DNA of 64,000 bases, taken from contig JBFWNU010000001.1 of assembly GCA_050250895.1 (NCBI GenBank), positions 712,008 through 776,007 on the forward strand, read 5' to 3'. This document shows, one piece after another, positions 20,042-29,083 of the stretch (position 1 is the stretch's first letter; each line of letters starts with the position of its first letter). The notes beneath the pieces were generated by a model. That model was not told the DNA's origin, searched no databases, and saw only the letters and a program-made list of their open reading frames with translations. The stretch comes from Vulcanimicrobiota bacterium. Its GTDB lineage: Bacteria > Vulcanimicrobiota > Xenobia > Xenobiales > JADMJV01. Both the position numbers and the translations under genes were made by a program.

Positions 20042-21092
20042 GCGCCGGTGCCGGCGGCGATTCAATGCCGCTCAACTGCGTTTTGGTGGTCGCCATAAAG
20101 TCGTGCAGGTCGTTGCGCAGGTAAGTGCCTGCCTGCTCGCCGTAGCGCTCACGGTATTCAGCAATCTGGAGGGGTTTGCCCACGGCGATCTCGGCCACCG
20201 GACGCGAGTGGAACAGGTTGGCCAACTGGCGCATGCCCACCCCGGCCGCCAGGCTGGTGGCGGCCAGCACGGGAAAAGCGATGCCCGGAGGCAGACTGGC
20301 TCCGGCTACGGCTCCGGTGAGGGCGCCCGCGGCAATCCCTTTGGCCGCCCGGCCCATGGTCTCGAAGGCATCGGGCCCGTAGTCGCCACGAGTGGCCACG
20401 TAGGCTCCGGCCACTCCGCCGGCCAGCGCTCCGGCCAGCCCCCGGGCGGCCGGACCACCCAGGCTGCCCCAAAGACCGGCTGCCACCACGGCTCCGGTGG
20501 CCAGCCATCCGGCCGCTTTCTCGATGGGCCCGGCCAGACTGGCGTCGCCCTTCTCGAAATTGACGGCGATGGGAACCACCGACTCAAAGTTGGCCCGGGT
20601 CGCCAGCCAGGCAACACCATTCTTTAGCTCGTGGACCTTGCCGTCGCGAAACATCTTGCCCTCGGGGCACATCAACACCGGTTGCCCGGATTCCAGCAGT
20701 TCTTTGGAGTGTTCGAGGGGAAAGCGGTCCTTGCTGTCACGGTCGACGGGAAAATAGCCGATGTTGCGCATGATGGCACCCGGCACGCCCCAAAAGACTT
20801 CTTTGGCGGCCATGTAGGTGAGCCGCTGGCGCGTAACGCTCGAGATGAGGGGCAGGTCCAGTTCGCTCTGGTGAGTCGGGCAGTAAAGGTGCCCGCCCCC
20901 GTCGGGAATGTTCTCGGCACCGGTGACCTGTTTGCGAAAGATGACATTCGAGGCCAGAGCGGTGGCCGGCTTGGCCACCCGGCTCAAGATGGGATCGAGG
21001 TAGGCGCGACCGTCTTTCTGAGCGTTCGAGCGCGGCGGGGTGGCACCTTGCTTGGGAATAAAGGGCGGGATATAGGGCGTGGCAATCCTCAC
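19911..21092 (-). CDS. Lysophospholipid acyltransferase (PlsC family) with Gly/Ala-rich hydrophobic insertion
   Basis: PTHQSELD (HX4D), YMAAKE, FPVDR, MCPEG motifs. Confidence 0.85.
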   Translation of the reverse strand: MRIATPYIPPFIPKQGATPPRSNAQKDGRAYLDPILSRVAKPATALASNVIFRKQVTGAENIPDGGGHLYCPTHQSELDLPLISSVTRQRLTYMAAKEVFWGVPGAIMRNIGYFPVDRDSKDRFPLEHSKELLESGQPVLMCPEGKMFRDGKVHELKNGVAWLATRANFESVVPIAVNFEKGDASLAGPIEKAAGWLATGAVVAAGLWGSLGGPAARGLAGALAGGVAGAYVATRGDYGPDAFETMGRAAKGIAAGALTGAVAGASLPPGIAFPVLAATSLAAGVGMRQLANLFHSRPVAEIAVGKPLQIAEYRERYGEQAGTYLRNDLHDFMATTKTQLSGIESPPAPAPTSRQAAGGGLLPAPAFRPPAVPAPAVQSPVWPPAGEPPVKPD

Positions 21093-21199
21093 GCCCTGAG
21101 TCTAGGCCATCAGGCTCAAAAAATTTGGAAACGACAACACTAGCGATTGAACATCTTGTCTTCTTGTCCTGAGCCGACCCCATTGGATATGATATTCCT

Positions 21200-21528
21200 A
21201 TGGACAAGATCAAACGCAAGTGGCCGAGATGAGAGTTGAGTTGGTGGCCACCCGAGACGCCCTCAAACAAGGCGAAGTAGCCCTGGCCCAGGTCGAGGCC
21301 GCCTTCGAGAAAATGGGAGTTCGCCTGGGCGATGTCCAGCATGGCCTGCCCCGGCGTCCAGCAAGGCCTGATCGTCATGGAACAAGGTCTGGCCGAGACG
21401 CAAAGGGACTGGCCGAGGCCAATCGTGGAATCTCGACCAACCGCCACAATCAAGCCGATTCGAGCCGCCGTTTCGACAATTTCCTGGCCCGCTTTGACGA
21501 AGTGACCGAGATGTTGGTCGAGAGCTAG
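21200..21528 (+). pseudogene. Small coiled-coil protein with apparent single-base indels (pseudogene or sequencing errors)
   Basis: ATG at 21200 (MDKIK) is out of frame with 21220-21528. The heptad-like GVQQGLIVMEQGLAETQ lies in a shifted frame between CCCC (21349-52) and CAAAG (21401-05). Confidence 0.5.
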
Positions 21529-22808
21529 CTGCCTTTGCGCCGGAGCGCCTCGGCCAGCGCTCCCTCGGCGTTGACCACGCCAGCGCCCTGACTGTTGGCG
21601 TCGGCGCCTTCCAGCGGCACGGCCGTCGAGGTGAAGATCTCTTTCACCTCGGCCGGAGTCAGGTCGTGATTAGCCGAGAGTACGGCGGCGATCACGCCAG
21701 CCATTACCGGGGTGGCCATCGAAGTGCCTGAAATGGTGATGTAGCTGCGACCCACGTGGGGCACGGCCATCTTGTCGAGAGCCGAACCGGGCGAGTTGGC
21801 GGCCGTGATGGCCACGCCGGGCGAGAGAATGTCGGGCTTGGTCAGCCCGTCGATGGAAGTGGGTCCCCGCGACGAGAAGAAAGCCACTTCATCGTCGGCC
21901 CGGGTGCGGGTGCCTTTGTCGTCGAGCGCCCCCACCGTGAAAGCCAGGGGATGGTTGCCGGGAGTACCGATGGTCGAGGGCTTGGGGCCCGAGTTGCCGC
22001 CGGCCACGGCCGCGATGATGCCGTTGTTGACGGCCGCTTCCACGGCTTGAGCGACGGGGTCTTCTTTATAAGAGGCAAAGACGGGCCCGCCCAGCGACAT
22101 GTTGATGATGTCGATATGGTGTTCTTCTTTGTGGTCGACCGCCCACTGCACGCCCTTGATGATGTCCGACAGGCGCCCCGAACCATGCTTGTCGAGCACT
22201 TTGATGCCCACCAGGTTGGCCTCGGGAGCCGGTCCCATATAGCGACCATCGGACATGCGACCGTCGCCGCCGGCATCGCCGGCCACATGGGTGCCGTGGC
22301 CCTGGTCGTCATAGGCGTCGGTGCGACCGGCCACCCAGTCTTTGAAGGCTACGATGCGATCCTGCAGGTCGGGATGGGGATGAATGCCGGTGTCGATGAC
22401 GGCGATGGTTACGCCCTGACCACGGTAACCCTGCTCCCAAAGCTTGTCGACGCCCAGAGTGGCCAGAGCGTTGTCGAGCTCGGGCCGGGGTCCGGTCTCC
22501 TCAGGCAGCACCGGGTCGATGAGGTGAACCTCTTCGTCGACCGTGACCTTGAACTTCTGGCCAGACTCGTTGAGCCGCGCCAGCGCCTCAGGGCTGACCT
22601 CGGCGGCAAAGCCGTTGATCAGGTGCAGGTCCTCGAGTTCACTGACGCCGGTGAGGCGAGTGAACGTATCCTGAGCCTCGACCAGGCCTTCCTGATCGGC
22701 CTGGACGATGACCGGAATCTTGCCTTCGGCGGTAGCCGCGCGGCGAGCCGCGTCGAGGGGATTCTGGCCCTGAAGGGCGAGGGTTTGCGACATGTGAATG
22801 GCGTTCAT
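21525..22808 (-). CDS. Subtilisin-like S8 serine peptidase (AprX-like) with I9-type prodomain
   Basis: Triad AVIDTG, HGTHVAG, SGTSMATP; oxyanion GNSG; no signal peptide. Confidence 0.93.
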   Translation of the reverse strand: MNAIHMSQTLALQGQNPLDAARRAATAEGKIPVIVQADQEGLVEAQDTFTRLTGVSELEDLHLINGFAAEVSPEALARLNESGQKFKVTVDEEVHLIDPVLPEETGPRPELDNALATLGVDKLWEQGYRGQGVTIAVIDTGIHPHPDLQDRIVAFKDWVAGRTDAYDDQGHGTHVAGDAGGDGRMSDGRYMGPAPEANLVGIKVLDKHGSGRLSDIIKGVQWAVDHKEEHHIDIINMSLGGPVFASYKEDPVAQAVEAAVNNGIIAAVAGGNSGPKPSTIGTPGNHPLAFTVGALDDKGTRTRADDEVAFFSSRGPTSIDGLTKPDILSPGVAITAANSPGSALDKMAVPHVGRSYITISGTSMATPVMAGVIAAVLSANHDLTPAEVKEIFTSTAVPLEGADANSQGAGVVNAEGALAEALRRKGS

Positions 22809-22817
22809 GGCAGTCTC

Positions 22818-24800
22818 CTAAGCTTTCACCTTGGCGGGGTCGATGGGTCCGGGCGAACTGGCGCCGATCAGCCAGCGCACCACCGGGCTCACATAGTAGT
22901 ATTGATTGCTGTTGCTCTGGACGGCATTGAGCCGCTCCTGAGGCGTCATGGCCAGCTGGGCTTCTTTGGCCGCGGCCTGGCCTTTCTGGGTGAGATACAT
23001 ATCCACGCCGGTCTTGACGATGGGCAATCCGAAGGCAGCGATACCGGCCGGGCGAGTTACCCCAGCGGCGCCCTCGAACAGCATGCCCACGGCGGCCGTG
23101 CTGACGGCCACACCGGTGCCGGTGTCGAGCACGCCATCGATGATGGCCTGCTTCTTGTTGGCCAGGCGCTCGTCGCCGGCCGAGGTCACCACCTGCTTGA
23201 CGCCGCGGACCGCATCGTAGGCGCCGCCGGCCACCGCCATCGGCACACCCACTCCCGGCGGAATGCCGAAGTAGCTGGAAGGCGCCTGGCCCCGGGCGGC
23301 CCGATAGGCTTGCCAGTGACCGATGTTCGAGGCCAGACCCAGCGCGAAAGCGCCGGCCCGTTTGGCCACGGCCAACGACTTGTCGACCTTGTGGATGGTG
23401 GCGCTGCCCAGGCCAAAGGAGCGAAGCTTGTTGTGGAAGGGCGTGTCCTCGGCAATCGACTTGAACACCTGGCCCATGTTCGAGTGCTGACTCAGGGTAG
23501 TATCGTTCCAACCGTGCATACCGTCCCAGATGGGGGGCTGCTTCCAGGTGGGGGGAGCGTCGAAGCCCGAATCCAGCGGTAAGTAGGCCGACATGCCGGT
23601 GGCATTGGCCACCGCGTCACCCTGGTGAGCCTCGTCGACCAGGCTGTTCTGGGCGGCCGTAACCAGCGCCTCGGCCGCCTCTCGGGTGGCCTGGCTAAAG
23701 CGTTTGTCGAGCTTGACCTGGGAGGCGAAGTGGCCGAGGTCGCGATAGTCTCCGTAGAACTGCGAGCTGTTCTGGTCGACCGCGAACGACTGGGTGTCGC
23801 CGATGGCTCCGCGCAGCGCCTCGCGAGCCTCGCCGCCGGCCGCAAGATCGGCCGAGAGCGCGTCGGCCAGACCGGAGTAGGCGTCTTTGACGGCATCGAT
23901 CTTGGTCAGGTCATAAGCCGAAAGAGTGGGGTTGACCAACTCGGCCAGAGGCTTGGGTTGGGCTTTGGTCTCGAAAACAAACCATTTGGCCAACTGCTCG
24001 GGAGTGACCGTGCCCTTCTCGGCCAGTTCGAACTTGAGATCCTTCATGACCATGTCCATCTGGATCGAGCCGAGGTTGACGGCGCCTTGGGAGGCGACCA
24101 TCAGGCCGGCCACGTCCTTGAGCTGGTGGGCCATTTCCAACTGGCCCATCAGGCTGCCGTCAAAGGCCACCAGATCAATCTTCTTACCGGCGTCTTTGCC
24201 GGCTTCTCGCAAGGCCTGCTCGAGCCCCTTAGGCGAGAGGCGCGAGCCAGTGGTCTCGTCGAGGGCGGCGCCGTGGAAGCCTCCGCCCTGACCATAGATG
24301 ACCACGGCGTAGTGCTCGGCGGGATAGTTCTTGATGCCCCAGCTGAGAAACTCGGACAGGCTGGCCGAGCTACCCATATCAACCTGACCCAGGTCTTCTT
24401 TGACCGGCGAGACGATCCCATCGGTATAGGGCGGGACGAACCAGCGGATCAGCTCTTCTTGAACCGACGGAGGCTCGGGGTTGCGCTCGATCTCGTAGCG
24501 GCGGGTGCCGTTCCAGTCTTTGGTGAACCGGTCGTACCAACGCTTTTCGCGCCCCAGCTGAGCGACGATGTTCATGTTGTCGTCGCTGCCGGCCACCTCG
24601 AGCTCGCGAATCACGCTGGGAGCCAGACGGTCGAGTCCGGCGCCTTTGCCGTTAGCATAGACCAGCACGGTCCACTTCTTCTTGCCCTCGGAGCCCAGAC
24701 TCACCTGGTCGGTGGCCTGGTCGGCGGCGGCCGCCGATTCGGCCTGCGGCTTGCTCACAGCAGCCCTGGGTGGAGTGGGGCGAAAACCCTGGATGATCAT
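22818..24800 (-). CDS. Clostripain (C11)-family protein with substituted catalytic residues and hydrophobic C-terminal tail
   Basis: KKWTVLVYANG, DMGSSASLSEFLSWGIKNYPAEHY, TLSAYDL, YRDLGHF. It has YGQGGG in place of the HG motif and AFDGSLM in place of FDACLM. Confidence 0.82.
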   Translation of the reverse strand: MIIQGFRPTPPRAAVSKPQAESAAAADQATDQVSLGSEGKKKWTVLVYANGKGAGLDRLAPSVIRELEVAGSDDNMNIVAQLGREKRWYDRFTKDWNGTRRYEIERNPEPPSVQEELIRWFVPPYTDGIVSPVKEDLGQVDMGSSASLSEFLSWGIKNYPAEHYAVVIYGQGGGFHGAALDETTGSRLSPKGLEQALREAGKDAGKKIDLVAFDGSLMGQLEMAHQLKDVAGLMVASQGAVNLGSIQMDMVMKDLKFELAEKGTVTPEQLAKWFVFETKAQPKPLAELVNPTLSAYDLTKIDAVKDAYSGLADALSADLAAGGEAREALRGAIGDTQSFAVDQNSSQFYGDYRDLGHFASQVKLDKRFSQATREAAEALVTAAQNSLVDEAHQGDAVANATGMSAYLPLDSGFDAPPTWKQPPIWDGMHGWNDTTLSQHSNMGQVFKSIAEDTPFHNKLRSFGLGSATIHKVDKSLAVAKRAGAFALGLASNIGHWQAYRAARGQAPSSYFGIPPGVGVPMAVAGGAYDAVRGVKQVVTSAGDERLANKKQAIIDGVLDTGTGVAVSTAAVGMLFEGAAGVTRPAGIAAFGLPIVKTGVDMYLTQKGQAAAKEAQLAMTPQERLNAVQSNSNQYYYVSPVVRWLIGASSPGPIDPAKVKA

Positions 24801-24901
24801 GTCACTGGTCCCTTCGGTCTCGCAAAGATGATGCGAAGAACTACGGGTCGAGTGTAGGCCGGCCCACCCCCTCAGAAATTACCAAAACGTTAACAGACTC
24901 T

Positions 24902-25198
24902 TCATGGCAAGTCTTCGGGCCGGGGAAACTTCTTGCGAAGAGTTTCGAGCTCTTCCTTGAGAGCCAGGATCTCTTGCTTGGATTCGGCCCCCCCAAAGGC
25001 CAGCGTCTTGATGGCTTCGAGCGTGCGGTCGAGGCGGTCGGCCATCTCGGAGAAAGAGTTCTGAGCCGACTCGGCCATCTTGCGCACTTCGGTCAGACCC
25101 TTTTCCATATCTCCGGCCCGGACCGAAGCCTCGCGCATGCTCAGCGCCAGCAACTTGAAATTCGTTTCAATCGTGGTCCGAATCTCGTCGTCGTTCAC
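24902..25198 (-). CDS. Small coiled-coil hypothetical protein
   Basis: 98 aa amphipathic helical ORF; extended -10 TGATACAAT lies 6 nt before the GTG. Confidence 0.65.
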   Translation of the reverse strand: MNDDEIRTTIETNFKLLALSMREASVRAGDMEKGLTEVRKMAESAQNSFSEMADRLDRTLEAIKTLAFGGAESKQEILALKEELETLRKKFPRPEDLP

Positions 25199-25268
25199 GA
25201 CCCCATTGTATCAAAAAGTTTACTTTCATGGAGTATCTCCCAGCGAAATCGATCCACACCATGGACGG

Positions 25269-26492
25269 GTGCTGACAGCCTGCCACAACCAATGTCGGGG
25301 CGCGCGCTACACGGCGATCGACCGAGCCCAGAAGCGGCGCTCGGTCGAGGGCCCCGAACAGCTGCGCGAAGGCGAGACGCTAGCCGTGACGGCCCGCGAT
25401 CAACTGCCCGTTCCCCTCGACGACCCCGCCGATGTAGCGGTGGTCGAAGCGATCCACAACCACCAGGGCTTCGAGAGCCTGCCCGAACCCGCTCTGACCG
25501 AGGCCCTCTCGGACCTGCACCAGCAAGGCTTCACGGTCGAACGTCAGGCCGGAGGCTCGCGTTTCGGCGCTCGCCTGGACCCGATCGCCGCCTATTACTA
25601 TGTCCACGGCCACAATTCCCAGCGTGTGACCTTGCGCCCGCCCCAAAGCATGGAGCATATCGCCATCAACCAGCCCGACGATCTGGCCGCGCTCAACTAT
25701 TTTCGCGGCACCGGCCGCAGTCTGAATCTGGCCGTGCCAGAAGTGGCTCAAGGCCTGCGAGAGCGTTGCCAGGAGGGTTTTTCGTTCGGCTTGCGCCAGG
25801 CCGACAACCAGAGTGACGCCTACGGCGTCTATCGTGGCCTGCGTCGAACACCGGGCGAGCGTCTGTGGGCCCAACGCGACCAGGACCTGGTGCCGGCCGA
25901 CGCCGGCCTGCTCAACCAGCCAGCCGAACTCGAAGCACGTCTGACCGAGGCCCGCCAGGCTTTGACCTATTTGCCGGCCGAGGGTCCCAGGGCCGATTTT
26001 CTCGAGACCGTCTATTACGGCGGCTATCATCAACCGGCTCTGGTAACGGCTCAGGCGGTGGGGCAATTGCTAGACTCCGGACTTGCCCTGGATTCGGCCC
26101 GCCAAGTTTACCAGCGTCTGCTAGACCTGAGCCCCGAACCCCTGCCCGGGGTGCCGGCCTTCACCGCCATCGCCCCGGCGATGGACCACCAACAAGCCCT
26201 CGAGTTGATGGGGTTGGTCTACCTACCGGTCGGCGAAGAGAGCCTTCAAGAGCGAGCCGAACTGATGGCCGGCCTGAACACCAGCGACCAGAGCCGGGTC
26301 CGCGACTATATCGACGCGGCCGCCCACAAGTTTGCGGCCAACCCCGACGAGGCGGTTCATCGCCTTACCGTGCGCTGGATGCTCAAGGGCGAGGTTCCGG
26401 TGGAAACCGAGGCGCGCCCGATCACCATCGAAGACGAAAACGACGAGAGCCTCTGGATCGGCGACGTCCACCTGGCCCGCGAGGGCGGCTAG
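25269..26492 (+). CDS. Hypothetical protein (start uncertain)
   Basis: Long ORF with typical codon usage filling the gap. The 25080 start would overlap the opposite-strand gene, so the in-frame GTG at 25269 was chosen. Confidence 0.6.
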   Translation: MLTACHNQCRGARYTAIDRAQKRRSVEGPEQLREGETLAVTARDQLPVPLDDPADVAVVEAIHNHQGFESLPEPALTEALSDLHQQGFTVERQAGGSRFGARLDPIAAYYYVHGHNSQRVTLRPPQSMEHIAINQPDDLAALNYFRGTGRSLNLAVPEVAQGLRERCQEGFSFGLRQADNQSDAYGVYRGLRRTPGERLWAQRDQDLVPADAGLLNQPAELEARLTEARQALTYLPAEGPRADFLETVYYGGYHQPALVTAQAVGQLLDSGLALDSARQVYQRLLDLSPEPLPGVPAFTAIAPAMDHQQALELMGLVYLPVGEESLQERAELMAGLNTSDQSRVRDYIDAAAHKFAANPDEAVHRLTVRWMLKGEVPVETEARPITIEDENDESLWIGDVHLAREGG

Positions 26493-28999
26493 AGCTTCCA
26501 GACCTTCTTGTCGATGGCCAGCTGAGTGATGGCCTCGGGCGGAGCCGGGGCCTGGAAGAAGTAGCCCTGCATGAACTGGCAACCGGCTTTGGCCAGGAAC
26601 TTCGCCTGGGCGGCGTTCTCGACACCCTCAGCCAGGGGCCGCAGGCCTAAACTCTGGGCCAGACTGATGGCGGCGGTGCAGATGTTGACGCTTTGCTTTT
26701 CGCGGGGGCAGCCACTGACGATCGAAGGGTCGATCTTGAGGATCTTGGTGTGGTTGAGGTCAAACCGGCTCAGCGAGGAATAACCCGAGCCGAAGTCGTC
26801 GATGGCGATGCGAATACCGGCCTTGCCCAGCGAAGTGACCACCTCTTCCACCAGATCGGCCCGCTCGGCGTTGACCCCCTCGGCGATTTCGACGAACAGC
26901 AACTCGGGGGGCAGTTGGAACTCTTGCACCGACTGCAGGAAGGTCTCGGCCAGATCGGCTTGCAGCATCTGGCGAAAAGAGACGTTGACCGAAACGAAAA
27001 TCCGCAGACCCTGCTGAATCCACTTGCTCAGCTGCCAGCAAGCCTGTTGGCACACCCATTTGCCCAGATGCACGATCAGGCCGCTCTCTTCGGCGGCTGG
27101 CAAGAAATATTCGGGATAGAGGGTACCCTCGATGCGGTGGTTCCAGCGCAGCAACGCCTCGACGCCCACCATGGCGGCCCGCCCTTTGGCCACCTCGACG
27201 ATGGGTTGATAGTGCAACTCGAACTCGTTCTTCTCCATGGCCACCCGCAACTGCGAGTCGAGGGTGAGCCGGCGCTCCTGCAGGCGATGCAGGTCCGAAT
27301 TGTAGAAGACACAGCGACCGCGGCCGTTCTCTTTGGCGTGATACATGGCGCTGTCGGCGTGCTCGAGCATCTGCTGGGCCGACTCGGCGTCATTGGGACA
27401 GACCGAGACGCCGATGCTGGCGCGGATATAGAATTTCTGGCCCTGAATGGTGAAAGGCCTGGCCAGGCCTTCGGTGACACGGCGCACCACGATGGCGATA
27501 TTCTGCTCGATAATCTCGCGTTTCTTGGCCTCGCCAACGTTCTCTTCGCCGGTGTAGAGCTCCGAGAGCAAAATCAGGAATTCGTCTTCGCCTCGACGGC
27601 CGATGGCGTCGGATTCGCGAATGGCGGCCTGGAGCCGCTCCGAGACGCGCATCAGCAGTTCGTCGCCAGCCTTGAAGCCCATGGCGTCGTTGATCAGCTT
27701 GAAGCGGTCGAGATCCACCACCAGTAGAGCCGAGGCCCGCCCGTAACGGGTCACCTGCTTGACGGTGAAATCGAGGTATTGCCGCATCAAGTTGAGGTTC
27801 GGCAACCCGGTCAGCGTGTCTTGAAAGGCCAGACGCTGGGTCTCGCGGTCGCTCTCGTTGGCCCGCTGCTCGTATTCCTTGAGCCGGGCCACCGCCTTTT
27901 GCAACTGGACCTCGGCCTGATTGGCCCGGGTCTCGGCCTCGCGCACCTTGGCCCAGACCTCCTTGACCTTGACCTCGACATTGTCGGCCGTGCTGAGTCG
28001 TTCTTCGGTCTGAGCCTGGTAGCTCCGAAAGCGGGTCTGGTATTCTTCGCATTCGGCCTGCAGCCGAGCCACGTTGGCGCTGGCCGTCTTCAAGTCGTCT
28101 TCCTGGTGGCGAAGCTTCTCTTCGGCCGTGCGGGCTCGCTCTTCGAACTGCTGCGCTCGCTGGTTGAGCAGTTCGGACCGCTCGTTGGCCAGACTCAGGC
28201 GCTCGCGCATCTGGTCGACCTGCAACTGCAGGTGCGAAGAATCGCCCGAGAGGGCTTCGGCCTCGACCTGCTTGACCCGCTCTTGCGAGCGATGAAACTT
28301 CTCTTCCCACTCCACGGCCCGTTCCTGAGCCTCACGAACCCGCTGCTGGACCTCGCGCAGCTGCTCTTCGACAGTGCCCGCGCTGCCCCGCAGAGTCTCG
28401 AGGGTTTCTTCAGCCTGACGGGCCCGCTCCTCAGCCTCGTGGAGCCGAATCTGAATCTCTTCAGGCAGCTCGGCCGGCTGCTCGAGCTGAGTTCGCAAGT
28501 CGTCGATGGTCTGACGTAATTCGGGTACCTCGGCCAACTGCTGCTGTAAGTCGTCGATCGTCTGTCGCAGCCCGGACGCCTCGGCCCGAGCGGTATCGAG
28601 TTCTTCGAGAGTTGGACCGTCAGGCTCGGCGGTGGGCTGGCTCTGCAAAGCCACGATGGTGGCCCGCAACTCGGGGACCTCCGCCAGTTGCTGCTGCAAC
28701 TCGTCGATGGTCTGGCGCAGCTCGGAGGCCTCGGCTCGAGCGGCCTCGAGTTCGGCCTGCAGGTCAGCCGGAGGGGCGGCCGCCGAATCGGAGCCTCCTT
28801 CGAGTTCGGCCAGGCGAGCCTCGGCCTCGTTGGCGCGCTGTTCTTCGCGCTCGAGCTTGACGTCCATCTGCCAAAGCTCGCGCGTAACCTCTTGAGCCCG
28901 TGACTTTGCGTCCTTGAGGCTCTTCTCGGTCTTGGCGAGCTTGGTTTCAAGCTCTGCGAGCTTGGCTTCAAGCTCTGATTGACAAGTATTAGACTCCAT
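26489..28999 (-). CDS. Coiled-coil + GGDEF (GEDEF variant) + EAL c-di-GMP metabolism protein
   Basis: Long heptad N-terminus; DTLTGLPN, DLDRFK, GRRGEDEF; EAL domain VEALLRW, DDFGSGYSS, LKID, AEGVE, MQG. Start ATG (MESNT) at 28999. Confidence 0.9.
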   Translation of the reverse strand: MESNTCQSELEAKLAELETKLAKTEKSLKDAKSRAQEVTRELWQMDVKLEREEQRANEAEARLAELEGGSDSAAAPPADLQAELEAARAEASELRQTIDELQQQLAEVPELRATIVALQSQPTAEPDGPTLEELDTARAEASGLRQTIDDLQQQLAEVPELRQTIDDLRTQLEQPAELPEEIQIRLHEAEERARQAEETLETLRGSAGTVEEQLREVQQRVREAQERAVEWEEKFHRSQERVKQVEAEALSGDSSHLQLQVDQMRERLSLANERSELLNQRAQQFEERARTAEEKLRHQEDDLKTASANVARLQAECEEYQTRFRSYQAQTEERLSTADNVEVKVKEVWAKVREAETRANQAEVQLQKAVARLKEYEQRANESDRETQRLAFQDTLTGLPNLNLMRQYLDFTVKQVTRYGRASALLVVDLDRFKLINDAMGFKAGDELLMRVSERLQAAIRESDAIGRRGEDEFLILLSELYTGEENVGEAKKREIIEQNIAIVVRRVTEGLARPFTIQGQKFYIRASIGVSVCPNDAESAQQMLEHADSAMYHAKENGRGRCVFYNSDLHRLQERRLTLDSQLRVAMEKNEFELHYQPIVEVAKGRAAMVGVEALLRWNHRIEGTLYPEYFLPAAEESGLIVHLGKWVCQQACWQLSKWIQQGLRIFVSVNVSFRQMLQADLAETFLQSVQEFQLPPELLFVEIAEGVNAERADLVEEVVTSLGKAGIRIAIDDFGSGYSSLSRFDLNHTKILKIDPSIVSGCPREKQSVNICTAAISLAQSLGLRPLAEGVENAAQAKFLAKAGCQFMQGYFFQAPAPPEAITQLAIDKKVWKL

Positions 29000-29083
29000 A
29001 TCCCGCTGGATGACTTGAGTTCGACAGCCTGGGTAGGATTCCTCGGGCGGGAATTGTCCGGGCGCGGGCGAACCGGTGAGGCC

